DNA of 64,000 bases from an uncultured Candidatus Actinomarina sp. (lineage in GTDB: Bacteria > Actinomycetota > Acidimicrobiia > Actinomarinales > Actinomarinaceae): the NCBI GenBank assembly GCA_902510055.1, contig CABWZY010000004.1, forward strand, positions 16,365 through 80,364. Direction: 5' to 3'. The notes under the pieces were generated by a model, which searched no databases, was not told the DNA's origin, and saw only the letters and a program-made list of their open reading frames with translations. Shown in pieces: positions 38,193 through 46,824 of this stretch. A program made the translations under genes and the position numbers. How positions within the stretch are numbered: position 1 is the first letter of the stretch; each line of letters starts with the position of its first letter.

Positions 38193-39097
38193 ATGTTTTA
38201 GCACTTGATGTTGGTGGAACTTCCATGAAATATGGAATCGTTTCAGATAAATTAGAAATTATTAGTAAAGGTGTAATTGAGACACCAAGTAATGAAATTG
38301 ATTTTATAAATATAGTTAATGAGATTCAAGAAGCTAATAAAGAAAATTTTAAGAAAATATCAATTGCCATGCCAGGCTTCATAAATAAAAAAGAAAGTAA
38401 ATATTTATATGGGACAAACATTAAGTATGAAATAGATTTTAAGAAATTAGCAAACTTCGATGAAGAAAACTTTTATCTTGATAATGATGGAAATGTTGCA
38501 GCATATGCTGAATATATACAAAACTATCAGGATAAGTATTCTAATTTGTTAATGCTTACGTTTGGAACAGGAATTGGCGGGGGAATAGTAACTAATGGAA
38601 ATATATACAGAGGTAGAGGAAGTGCAGGCGAATTAGGTCATATATTGGTTTCAGACAGTCCAGATGAAACTTGTAATTGTGGAAAAGTTGGTTGTCTAGA
38701 ATCAATTGTTTCAGCAAAAAAATGGACAGATCAATGTAAAGAATTAAGCAAAATAGATTCAAATTCAGAGCTATCAAAAGCTTTTTCTGCATTAGGTATT
38801 GGCTCCATACTTTTTGATAAATCACTTATATTAACTAAAGAAGAACTTGAGGTTAGAGAGAAAATCCTGCTTTATTTAAGTAGAGGCTTAGTTTCATTTT
38901 TTGAAATATTCAATAATGAGATATTTGTTTTAGGAGGAAGTATGTCGGACAACCCCTATGATTTAGTTGGATTACTTGATGAGTTTATATTAAAAAATTA
39001 TGAATTTAAAACCAGAAAGTTTCCGATAATTGAAATATGTAACTTTAAATCAGACTCAGGAATTTTAGGTGCATCGATACTTGCTTTGAATGAGTAA
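38189..39097 (+). CDS. ROK-family sugar kinase (glucokinase-like)
   Basis: 302 aa with LDVGGTSMK, DNDGNVAA, and GTGIGGG...GELGH...CNCGKVGCLES (the ROK zinc motif). Confidence 0.8.
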   Translation: MNVLALDVGGTSMKYGIVSDKLEIISKGVIETPSNEIDFINIVNEIQEANKENFKKISIAMPGFINKKESKYLYGTNIKYEIDFKKLANFDEENFYLDNDGNVAAYAEYIQNYQDKYSNLLMLTFGTGIGGGIVTNGNIYRGRGSAGELGHILVSDSPDETCNCGKVGCLESIVSAKKWTDQCKELSKIDSNSELSKAFSALGIGSILFDKSLILTKEELEVREKILLYLSRGLVSFFEIFNNEIFVLGGSMSDNPYDLVGLLDEFILKNYEFKTRKFPIIEICNFKSDSGILGASILALNE

Positions 39098-39779
39098 TCA
39101 AAATAAAGCTGTATTGCTTCCAGGTACATTTTTCGAGAAAGACTTTAAAAAGAAATTAGATTATTTAAATCAAAAAAATCTACAAACTGTTTATGTATTT
39201 GATCATTCAAATAATCCAGTAGATAGTAAATTACATATGTATGAAATCAGAAAATCAATAAACTTACTTCAAAATTATAAAGAAAGAAAATTCAACATTG
39301 GCACAGCAGTATTAAATATAAATAAAAGAAAAATAGATAATTTAATTAACGAATATATAAATCCATTTCTAGAAATAGATGGTTTTAAATTAGGACTTGG
39401 ATTAGGCGATGATGCATATGAACAAAATTTAACAAACTACTCTAATAACTTAGAGGAGGTTGTCTCATATATAGTTGAGAATTTTAAATTGTCTAAAGAA
39501 GGAAAAAGCATATTTTTAGGGGGACAGTCAAATTTAATCATTAAAACAATGAAACAGTATTCAGTGGGTATTAATCAATGGCTTGGCTCCGTTGACTCAC
39601 TTTATAAAAAAAGAGAGATGTTTAATAAAATAGATAAACCACTAGGTTCAATCAGTCTATGTTTAAACAAAAAGTTATTTTCAGAAAAAAATATAGATTT
39701 TAAAGATATTGAACTAATTTTTATTATCAAAGAATCAAGTTCAGATAATTTTTATTCACAGGTCGATAATTTTCTTTAA
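39090..39779 (+). CDS. Hypothetical protein (weak resemblance to truncated LLM/TIM-barrel oxidoreductases)
   Basis: 229-aa ORF tightly coupled to the neighbouring genes. Only loose motif resemblance (VYVFDHS, LGLGLGDD). Function unknown. Confidence 0.3.
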   Translation: MSNQNKAVLLPGTFFEKDFKKKLDYLNQKNLQTVYVFDHSNNPVDSKLHMYEIRKSINLLQNYKERKFNIGTAVLNINKRKIDNLINEYINPFLEIDGFKLGLGLGDDAYEQNLTNYSNNLEEVVSYIVENFKLSKEGKSIFLGGQSNLIIKTMKQYSVGINQWLGSVDSLYKKREMFNKIDKPLGSISLCLNKKLFSEKNIDFKDIELIFIIKESSSDNFYSQVDNFL

Positions 39780-39792
39780 TGAGTATTACAAA

Positions 39793-40833
39793 ATGATAGA
39801 ATTAAATATGATAGATTTACGCTCTGATACAGTCACTAAGCCTTCTAAAGAAATGTTAGATGAGATTGTTAAAGCTCAAGTAGGAGATGATGAATATGGG
39901 GAAGATCCTACTGTTAATGAATTAGAAGAATATTGTGCTGAACTTTTAGGATTTCAAGCTGGTTTATTTGTAAGTTCAGGAACTATGGGTAATCAAATAT
40001 CGTTATTGAATCATACAAATCCCGGTGAAGAAGTTATTACATCTTCTGATTCACATATTAAGAATTACGAACATGGAGCATCATCATTCCTATCAAGAAT
40101 ACAATTTCGAGATATTAAGAATATAGACGGCGTTCTAGATGAAGATGATTTAAAACAAACTATTGAAGATTCTAAAATTCATAAACCGAAAATATCATTA
40201 GTTAGTATCGAAAATACACACCTTGCATCAGGTGGCAGTATTGTTCCATATGATAAGATAAAGTCAATTTCATCACTAGCAAAAGAAAGTGATCTGAAAA
40301 TTCATATAGATGGTGCAAGAATATGGCATGCAATTTTAGAAGAAAACAAAGGTTATGACTATGGAAAATATTGCGACAGCCTCACATTTTGTTTCTCTAA
40401 AGGATTAGGAGCACCAATAGGTTCAATGCTTTTAGGTACTAATGATTTTATAGAGAATTCAAGAGAATATAGGAAAAAGCTCGGGGGAGGCATGAGACAG
40501 GTTGGAATCATTGCTTCTGCTGCAAAATATGCAATAAAGAAAAGAGAAGAATTGCTTCATGATCACGAAAAGACTCTTTATATTTATAAAAAACTTAGTG
40601 AAATTAAAGAAAAATTAAAGTTAATTGATGAAATTGAATATAAAGGAACCAATATGATATTTCTATTCTTCAAAGACACTAATTTGTCTAATAATTTTCT
40701 TAATAAACTTGAAAAAAGGAATATTAAAGCAGGATTGATTAAAAAAAATATTGTAAGACTAGTTTTACATAAAGACATAAATAAAGAAGATTTAGATAAT
40801 ATTGTTGAGACTATTAGTCACTCTTCTTCATAG
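39793..40833 (+). CDS. ltaE: Low-specificity L-threonine aldolase (PLP-dependent)
   Basis: 346 aa with DLRSDTVTKP, GDDEYGEDPT, SGTMGNQ and FCFSKGLGAP (PLP Lys), typical of the beta-eliminating lyase/threonine aldolase family. Confidence 0.85.
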   Translation: MIELNMIDLRSDTVTKPSKEMLDEIVKAQVGDDEYGEDPTVNELEEYCAELLGFQAGLFVSSGTMGNQISLLNHTNPGEEVITSSDSHIKNYEHGASSFLSRIQFRDIKNIDGVLDEDDLKQTIEDSKIHKPKISLVSIENTHLASGGSIVPYDKIKSISSLAKESDLKIHIDGARIWHAILEENKGYDYGKYCDSLTFCFSKGLGAPIGSMLLGTNDFIENSREYRKKLGGGMRQVGIIASAAKYAIKKREELLHDHEKTLYIYKKLSEIKEKLKLIDEIEYKGTNMIFLFFKDTNLSNNFLNKLEKRNIKAGLIKKNIVRLVLHKDINKEDLDNIVETISHSSS

Positions 40834-41051
40834 TAATTTTTTTCATTCCACTCAGTGATTGATTTTTCCGATAAATTAATTAAAACAAAGAGTCCAGATA
40901 AAGTAACAAGGTTAGTAATTAATATATTTGCAATTAATGTAAAAGAACAGTTATTAACACAAAAAGCATTTCCAAGTATATATCCAATGTATGTTGAAAA
41001 TACGAAAACTAATGAGTAAAAAATTACTTTTGTTTTCTTGCTAAATACCAT
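40818..41051 (-). CDS. Small hypothetical membrane protein (2 TM)
   Basis: 77-aa ORF with two hydrophobic helices. Nothing else occupies this interval. It overlaps the ltaE 3' end by 16 nt. Confidence 0.35.
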   Translation of the reverse strand: MVFSKKTKVIFYSLVFVFSTYIGYILGNAFCVNNCSFTLIANILITNLVTLSGLFVLINLSEKSITEWNEKNYYEEE

Positions 41052-41074
41052 ATAGATATTAAGTTTACCTTAGT

Positions 41075-41290
41075 ATGAATTATGTTAATCCTTGGCTTTC
41101 ATTAATGAGTTTTGTTTACTTTATAGTTGCTGGTTTTATTTCTTTTGTATTAAGTAGGAAATTCGTTGAAATATATTTAGAGAAAGTTGAAACAAAGTTT
41201 TTAAAATCGTTAGAACCAATTATAGGTACTGTTACTTTTTGCGGATCTTTTGGTCTAAGTTTAGTTATTTTATATTATATACTCACTTAA
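41075..41290 (+). CDS. Small hypothetical membrane protein (2 TM)
   Basis: 71-aa ORF with two hydrophobic helices, divergent from the 77-aa ORF. Confidence 0.35.
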   Translation: MNYVNPWLSLMSFVYFIVAGFISFVLSRKFVEIYLEKVETKFLKSLEPIIGTVTFCGSFGLSLVILYYILT

Positions 41291-41841
41291 TCAGGGTAAG
41301 TATGAATCATAAGTTTATTATTTATTATTTCTTGAATTCCGCAATGCTCAGGTTTGTTGTTATTAAATAGTTCTTCTTTTAGTTTGTAATATGTAAATGA
41401 CCTTATAGTATCTTGATGGCTCACAAAGACACATTGAGTTGCTTTTTCATATATATTTTGAACCTTTCTATATACATCTAAGTAAGTTTCTTCATTTGAC
41501 TTTATTTTCAGTGGATCATCTAAATATTGTATATATTCCTCTGTTTGACTAAATTCTTTAAAGGTTTTACCTTTCCAAATATTTGTGCCACCCCACTCAA
41601 TTAATTTATTTGTATAATTAATATTTATTTTTAATAGTTTTGATAAAGGTTCAGCAGTTTGTCTTGCTCTAAGTAGTGGTGAGGAGTAAATATATTTAAT
41701 ATCAAAATTATTAAAAATGTACTTAGCAGCACTTTCAGCCTGCTCGTGACCTTTTTTACTCAATCCATAACCCACCAAATTGCCATAAAAGATATCTTTT
41801 TTGTTTTCCACTTCTCCATGTCTCAAAAATAATTTGCTCAT
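41287..41841 (-). CDS. Histidine phosphatase family protein (phosphoglycerate mutase-like)
   Basis: 184 aa with the N-terminal LRHGE catalytic motif, SSPLLRARQTAEP and a later SHQD motif. Confidence 0.75.
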   Translation of the reverse strand: MSKLFLRHGEVENKKDIFYGNLVGYGLSKKGHEQAESAAKYIFNNFDIKYIYSSPLLRARQTAEPLSKLLKININYTNKLIEWGGTNIWKGKTFKEFSQTEEYIQYLDDPLKIKSNEETYLDVYRKVQNIYEKATQCVFVSHQDTIRSFTYYKLKEELFNNNKPEHCGIQEIINNKLMIHTYPD

Positions 41842-41879
41842 AAGTACAGCGTAGTTTCAAAGTATATTAAAATCTTCAT

Positions 41880-42230
41880 ATGGGTTTGAATAAAAAAGAA
41901 GAAGAAATATTAAAACAAATTGAAATGGGTTTAACTGAAGAAGATCCAAAACTTGAAAAGGCTGCTGAAACTTTAACACTTTCAAACTTTTCAAGAAGTA
42001 GGTCAATTATTTCAGGTATTATATTTATAATTGGTTTTATTATGATGATTGGATCTTATATTATACAACCAGTTGTTGCAGTTATGGGGTTTGTCTTAAT
42101 GGCCTTATCCGGTTATGTTTTTGTAATAAATACAAGATCACTTCTCAAAGCTGAAAATATAAATGAATGGAATTTTAAGCAAATTATTAACCTTCTAAGA
42201 AATAAAGATAACTCTAGACAAAATAAATAG
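41880..42230 (+). CDS. DUF3040-family membrane protein
   Basis: 116 aa. EEEILKQIEMGLTEEDPKL followed by two TM helices matches the actinobacterial DUF3040 pattern (SEHEQRVLEQIE...DPKF). That family typically sits upstream of mraZ. Confidence 0.7.
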   Translation: MGLNKKEEEILKQIEMGLTEEDPKLEKAAETLTLSNFSRSRSIISGIIFIIGFIMMIGSYIIQPVVAVMGFVLMALSGYVFVINTRSLLKAENINEWNFKQIINLLRNKDNSRQNK

Positions 42231-42278
42231 AATAAATTAAATTTAATAATACATCATATTTTTTAAGGAGTAAGAATT

Positions 42279-42770
42279 TTGAAGAAAGATGCATTTACAT
42301 CTAAACAAGCTTGTTATTTATCTGGCTGCACGTCGCATCAATTAAGATATTGGGATAAAGTAGGATTAGCTTCTCCAACAATCCAATCATCAAATGGAAA
42401 GCCGGGAGTACCAAAACTTTATTCATTTAGAGATATCGTTTCTCTTAGAGTTATTAAAACTTTATTAGATAATGGTATGAGTATTCAAAGAGTTAGAAGA
42501 GCTTGGAAATATTTAACAAGAAATGGAAATCTTGAAGATCAACTTTCAGAAGTAAAACTTGTATCAGATGGTGACACAATATTTTCAGTAGAAGAGGATA
42601 AAGTTTTTGATGCACTGAAATCTGGTCAACTTGCATTTTTTGAAACAATTGATGTAGTAACAAAAGAAGTAAGAGAAGATGTATCTAAGTTTGAATTAGA
42701 TAAAGAAAGATTTTTAAATTTGTTGACTAAAGTAGAAGAAGATGTACTTAATCAACAAAGGCAAGCATAA
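42279..42770 (+). CDS. MerR-family transcriptional regulator
   Basis: 163 aa. The N-terminal HTH is FTSKQACYLSGCTSHQLRYWDKVGL...YSFRDIVSLRVIKTL. TTG start is preceded by AAGGAG. Confidence 0.75.
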   Translation: MKKDAFTSKQACYLSGCTSHQLRYWDKVGLASPTIQSSNGKPGVPKLYSFRDIVSLRVIKTLLDNGMSIQRVRRAWKYLTRNGNLEDQLSEVKLVSDGDTIFSVEEDKVFDALKSGQLAFFETIDVVTKEVREDVSKFELDKERFLNLLTKVEEDVLNQQRQA

Positions 42771-42797
42771 CAAAAATAGAAACCATATTTTTTTATT

Positions 42798-43310
42798 ATG
42801 AATAGTTTTACCTCGCATAGAACTCTTATTTTAAATTCTACTTTCCAACCCCTTTCTGTTGCTTCAGCAAAAAGATCAGTGTCACTATTGTTAGCAAATA
42901 AAATAAATGTTATAAAAGAATCAAATTTAGAAGTTCATTCAGAAAATGAAGTTATTAAAATTCCAAAAGTAGCTTTATTAACTTATTATGTCAAAGCACC
43001 TTACGCGAGGAGAGTAGCCTTAAATCGTGCAAATATATTCATAAGAGATTTTTATACATGTCAATATTGTGGAACTAATGCTGAGTCTATAGACCATATA
43101 ATTCCTAAATCAAAAGGTGGTCAACATGAGTGGTTAAATGTTGTTGCTTGTTGTAAAAAGTGCAATCTTGTAAAAGCAGATAAATTATTAAATCAAACAA
43201 TTTTGAAACTAAAAAATTTCCCAATCAAACCAGAGGGTAATTTTTGGATAAAAACAATAATTGGACCTAACCCAGATCCAGAATGGAAAGAATACCTAAT
43301 TTCAGCATAA
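42798..43310 (+). CDS. Small HNH endonuclease-domain protein (conserved housekeeping type)
   Basis: 170 aa with CQYCG...DHIIPKSKGG...N...CCKKCNLVK, the HNH/CCHH motif. The N-terminal LILNSTFQPLSV resembles the widespread roughly 170-aa actinobacterial/cyanobacterial HNH proteins. Confidence 0.8.
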   Translation: MNSFTSHRTLILNSTFQPLSVASAKRSVSLLLANKINVIKESNLEVHSENEVIKIPKVALLTYYVKAPYARRVALNRANIFIRDFYTCQYCGTNAESIDHIIPKSKGGQHEWLNVVACCKKCNLVKADKLLNQTILKLKNFPIKPEGNFWIKTIIGPNPDPEWKEYLISA

Positions 43311-43329
43311 TTTTTTTTCCCTTTTTGTG

Positions 43330-43358
43330 TTGCAAAGTGTCAGAAAGTGTCATATAAT
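43330..43358 (+). promoter_or_regulatory. Putative sigma-70-type dcw promoter (Pmra): TTGCAA-17 nt-TATAAT
   Basis: -35 TTGCAA at 43330-43335 and -10 TATAAT at 43353-43358, with exact 17-nt spacing. It lies 38 nt upstream of the mraZ GTG. Confidence 0.55.
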
Positions 43359-43399
43359 GTTAAAAAGTGGTTCAAGGCACGAAAGGCGGAGAAAAGTGT
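43334..43399 (+). promoter_or_regulatory. Phased AAAGTG[T/G] direct-repeat array (candidate MraZ operator)
   Basis: AAAGTGT at 43334 and AAAGTGT at 43344. A degenerate ATAATGT at 43354 overlaps the -10 box, and AAAGTGG lies at 43364, giving an exact 10-nt period. A fifth AAAGTGT at 43393-43399 overlaps the mraZ start codon. Confidence 0.55.
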
Positions 43400-43821
43400 T
43401 CCTTGGTGAATTTAGACATACTATGGATTCGAAGGGAAGGGTAGTAATACCTTCGAAATTCAGAAAAGAGCTTCAACAGGGCTGTGTGGTCACTAAGGGA
43501 CTAGATAACTGCCTCCAAATATTGACTAAGAAAAATTGGATTGAAGAATCTGAAAAAATGGCTTCACTTCCTCCTACTGAAAAGACTTCCAGACAATTGA
43601 GAAGAGCTTTATTTAGTGGAGCTATTGATTCTAAATTAGATACTGCAGGAAGAATACAGATACCTGAAAATCTAAGGCAATATAGTGACATCAATATAAA
43701 CGATGATGTAACAGTTACAGGATCAGGCCCAGTAATTGAAATTTGGTCAACAAAAGTATGGAAAAAAATTCAAAACGATGCTGATAAAGCATTCGCAAAT
43801 ATTAACGAAGTGAAAGGATAA
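43396..43821 (+). CDS. mraZ: Transcriptional regulator MraZ
   Basis: (M)FLGEFRHTMDSKGRVVIPSKFR and a second DxxGR repeat (DTAGRIQIPENLR) are present. A GTG start at 43396 with GGAG at 43388-43391 reproduces the conserved MFxGxY/F N-terminus. The longer ORF-track start (43327) would cover the promoter. Confidence 0.9.
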   Translation: MFLGEFRHTMDSKGRVVIPSKFRKELQQGCVVTKGLDNCLQILTKKNWIEESEKMASLPPTEKTSRQLRRALFSGAIDSKLDTAGRIQIPENLRQYSDININDDVTVTGSGPVIEIWSTKVWKKIQNDADKAFANINEVKG

Positions 43822-43829
43822 ATTCATAG

Positions 43830-43906
43830 CCAGCTCTCTAGACAACTAAATTGGAATACCCTTACTCCGCCCAACTTTCCAATTGGTGCCAGTACTAGAG
43901 AGCTGG
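43830..43906 (+). promoter_or_regulatory. GC-enriched 77-nt double stem-loop between mraZ and rsmH
   Basis: The outer 12-bp perfect stem is CCAGCTCTCTAG (43830-43841) / CTAGAGAGCTGG (43895-43906). The inner 8-bp stem is AATTGGAA (43849-43856) / TTCCAATT (43877-43884). The apical loop is 20 nt and C-rich. The 3' arm ends 2 nt before the rsmH ATG. Confidence 0.5.
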
Positions 43907-43908
43907 GT

Positions 43909-44826
43909 ATGAATACAAACAGGGCCGAGTATTTGCCACATGAAGGCGTGATGATGGAAGAAATTTCTTCCATACTTAAAAATGTACCAAGAGGAACTTT
44001 TGTAGATGCAACTTATGGGTACGGTTCACATTTTAATTTATTAAATAATTTTAACCACTTAAAATTTCTAGGATTTGATCGTGATTTAGAATCTGTAAAT
44101 AATAGTAAAAATGAGCATAATGTTTTCCAATTAAATTTTTCTGAGATTTACAATTTTTTATCAAAAAATAATTACTTACCTTTAAGTGGAGTTTTTTATG
44201 ACTTTGGATTATCTTCTCATCAGATTGATTCTGATTTAAGAGGTTTTTCTTTTCAAAAAAATGCATATCTGGATATGAGAATGAATACTAATCAAGAATT
44301 AACTGCTGAAAAAATAGTAAATAGCTACTCAGAAAAAGAATTAATTAGTGTTTTAAAAAATTATAGTGAAGATAAGTATTCTAAAAAAATTGCTATAAAA
44401 ATTCTTGAATCTAGACCACTCAAAACTACAAATGAATTAGCTACTGTGATAAGAGGAGCTGTACCTAAACAAAATCCAATATTTACTGATAAAACAATAA
44501 GAAGAATATTTCAAGCTTTAAGAATTGAAGTTAATAATGAATTAAATGAAATAAAAGATTCATTAAATTCAATAAAAGATTCTATAAATAAAAAAGGAGT
44601 AATAGTTTGTATTTCTTACCATTCTCTTGAAGATAAGATTGTTAAAAAGTTTTTTAATGAAATTACTAGATATTGTATTTGTGATCCCAAGATTCCTATT
44701 TGCGCATGTGAAACAGAGCAACAATTTACTTACCCAAAGAAAAAAAAATATACACCATCAGATCAAGAGAAACAATCTAATCCAAGATCGAAATCAGCGA
44801 TTATGAGGTATGTGGTAAAACTATGA
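43909..44826 (+). CDS. rsmH: 16S rRNA (cytosine1402-N4)-methyltransferase
   Basis: 305 aa with HEGVMMEE, FVDATYGYGSH, DFGLSSHQID and SYHSLEDKIVK, the MraW/RsmH signatures. Confidence 0.9.
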   Translation: MNTNRAEYLPHEGVMMEEISSILKNVPRGTFVDATYGYGSHFNLLNNFNHLKFLGFDRDLESVNNSKNEHNVFQLNFSEIYNFLSKNNYLPLSGVFYDFGLSSHQIDSDLRGFSFQKNAYLDMRMNTNQELTAEKIVNSYSEKELISVLKNYSEDKYSKKIAIKILESRPLKTTNELATVIRGAVPKQNPIFTDKTIRRIFQALRIEVNNELNEIKDSLNSIKDSINKKGVIVCISYHSLEDKIVKKFFNEITRYCICDPKIPICACETEQQFTYPKKKKYTPSDQEKQSNPRSKSAIMRYVVKL

Positions 44827-45146
44827 GAAAGCCTTTATTATTTATATCAATCTACTTCACAATTTTTGTAATAGTTTCAGTTCCGTTAATTTTGAATATA
44901 AGAATTAATGAATTATCTAATAAAATTGATAATTTAGATACTGAGGTCTCTATTTTAGAAAGACAAAGAATGTTAATTAATTTGAAACATAATGAAAAAT
45001 ATTCCATAAGTAGTATTGAACAAATTGCAAAAATAAATTCTTACGAAAGATTAGAAATTGCTCAAAAAATAAACAAGTTAGAAATACCTTATAAATTAAA
45101 AAATCAAGAAAAAGAAAGAATCGCAATTTTAGGTTTTGGTAGATAA
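44823..45146 (+). CDS. ftsL: FtsL-like cell-division protein
   Basis: 107 aa with a single N-terminal TM followed by a coiled-coil. It occupies the canonical position between rsmH and ftsI. Confidence 0.6.
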   Translation: MRKPLLFISIYFTIFVIVSVPLILNIRINELSNKIDNLDTEVSILERQRMLINLKHNEKYSISSIEQIAKINSYERLEIAQKINKLEIPYKLKNQEKERIAILGFGR

Positions 45147-45148
45147 TT

Positions 45149-46822
45149 ATGAAATTGAAGAAGATGAAACTAGTAAGTTTATTTCTAATATTAAATATAT
45201 TTGCATTATTTTCATCAATATTATTTATTGAAGAAATATACAAGCTTCAATTTACTGATTCAGAATATTTTAGAAATAAAGCATTATCAAACAGACAAAA
45301 AGTAGAAGTAATAGAAGCTAAAAGGGGATCAATTCTTGATAAAAACTTTAATGAAGTATCAGAAAGTATTAATGCTTTCAATATTGGTATTTATCCAGAT
45401 AAATTAAGTAACAAAGAAAATGCTTCAGAACTTTTAGCTCCATTGTTAAAAATTGATAAGTCAATAATCTATGAGAGTCTTAACAAAAACAAAAACTATT
45501 TTTACCTTAAAAGGAATGTTGATTTTGATGTAGGTTCAAAAATTAAAGAATGGAATTATGAAGGAATTAATGTTGAAAAATCTTCTAAAAGAATTATTTA
45601 TACAGATTCTTTAAAACATATCATTGGCCATGTAGATCCAGATGGAAATGGGATTGAAGGTTTAGAACTCTATTTTGATAATGCTTTAAAGGGTAAAGAT
45701 GGAGAATTGAGATATGAAGCAGCACCAAATGGAGATTTTATTCCACAAGGCAAAAGTAATATATTAGATCCAATCCATGGCGTAGATTTAGTTTTATCAA
45801 TTGATTCTGAATTGCAATATATTTCTGAAAATCTTTGTATAGAAGCTATAAAAACAACCAATGCATTTAAGTGCTCTGTTGTATTTGTAAACTCTGAAAA
45901 CGGTGAAATTATTATTTCCGCTGAAAAATCAAATATTAATAATGAATATTTCAATATAAATTTAATTAGTGGAAGAGCTTTGTACGAACCTGGCTCAGCA
46001 TTAAAAATATTTACGATAGGTTCCTTACTTGATAGTGAAGTAGTAAATGAAAATGATACATATTATGTAGAAGATACAATTGAGATAATTGAAAATTCTT
46101 GTGGAAAGCTTTATGAAGGCCTCAAGGGGTGTTTTAGAGATTTTTTAAAACATGAGCCCTATCAATTATCTGTTACAGAAATAATTGAAAGATCTTCAAA
46201 CGTAGGGACTATTAAAGTAACAGAAGCTTCTAGTGTTTCTGAGATTGAAAATTACTTAATGAAGTTTGGTTTCAATCAGAAAACTGGTGTTGAGCTAACA
46301 GGAGAAGCAAAAGGAGGGTTTATTGACTACAAACGTTGTTTAACTTGTTTAAGCTCCCTTTCTATAGGCTACTCTGTCAACGTATCTCAATATCAAATGG
46401 TTAGAGCTTATAGCATAATTGCTAACGGAGGAAGGGATGTAAAATTAACTTTAGTGCAAAAAGATAAAGTTGAATTTATAAATAATGAAGTTATTAGCCC
46501 CGAAATGTCAGATAGATTAAAAAAATTACTTATAAATGTGGTAGAAGGTAAAAATGGTACAGGAAAATCTCTTAGAAAAGAGGGTTATATTATTGGTGGT
46601 AAAACTGGTACAAGTAGGACACATTTAGAAGGAGTAGGATACTCAGAAGATAGATTCAACACTTCCTTTACAGGATTTGTCGAAACAAAAGAAGGACCAA
46701 TTGTTGGTTCGGTCCTTCTTTGGGGAGCAAAAACTAATCCAACATCTGAATATGTAACAGGGGGCTCTACAGCTGCTCCAATATTCAAGAAAATTATTAC
46801 TTACTTTGTTCCTAAGGACTAA
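45149..46822 (+). CDS. ftsI: Class B penicillin-binding protein (FtsI/PBP3-type transpeptidase)
   Basis: 557 aa with an N-terminal anchor. SALK (SxxK), SSN and KTGT motifs are in the correct order. Confidence 0.85.
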   Translation: MKLKKMKLVSLFLILNIFALFSSILFIEEIYKLQFTDSEYFRNKALSNRQKVEVIEAKRGSILDKNFNEVSESINAFNIGIYPDKLSNKENASELLAPLLKIDKSIIYESLNKNKNYFYLKRNVDFDVGSKIKEWNYEGINVEKSSKRIIYTDSLKHIIGHVDPDGNGIEGLELYFDNALKGKDGELRYEAAPNGDFIPQGKSNILDPIHGVDLVLSIDSELQYISENLCIEAIKTTNAFKCSVVFVNSENGEIIISAEKSNINNEYFNINLISGRALYEPGSALKIFTIGSLLDSEVVNENDTYYVEDTIEIIENSCGKLYEGLKGCFRDFLKHEPYQLSVTEIIERSSNVGTIKVTEASSVSEIENYLMKFGFNQKTGVELTGEAKGGFIDYKRCLTCLSSLSIGYSVNVSQYQMVRAYSIIANGGRDVKLTLVQKDKVEFINNEVISPEMSDRLKKLLINVVEGKNGTGKSLRKEGYIIGGKTGTSRTHLEGVGYSEDRFNTSFTGFVETKEGPIVGSVLLWGAKTNPTSEYVTGGSTAAPIFKKIITYFVPKD

Positions 46823-46824
46823 CA

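Noticed and set aside
42798-43310. The HNH endonuclease considered as a homing/mobile element or part of a restriction/defence system, together with the adjacent MerR regulator.
   Set aside because: It has no partner methyltransferase, ATPase, intron/intein context, repeats or integrase. The roughly 170-aa architecture with the LILNSxFQPL N-terminus matches a widely conserved stand-alone housekeeping HNH family, and the locus composition is native.
43327-43395. The N-terminal extension of mraZ suggested by the ORF track (MLQSVRKCHIMLKSGSRHERRRK...).
   Set aside because: The extension would be translated from the promoter and operator repeats themselves. Homologous MraZ proteins begin at MF(L/M)G, which the GTG at 43396 reproduces with a GGAG SD.
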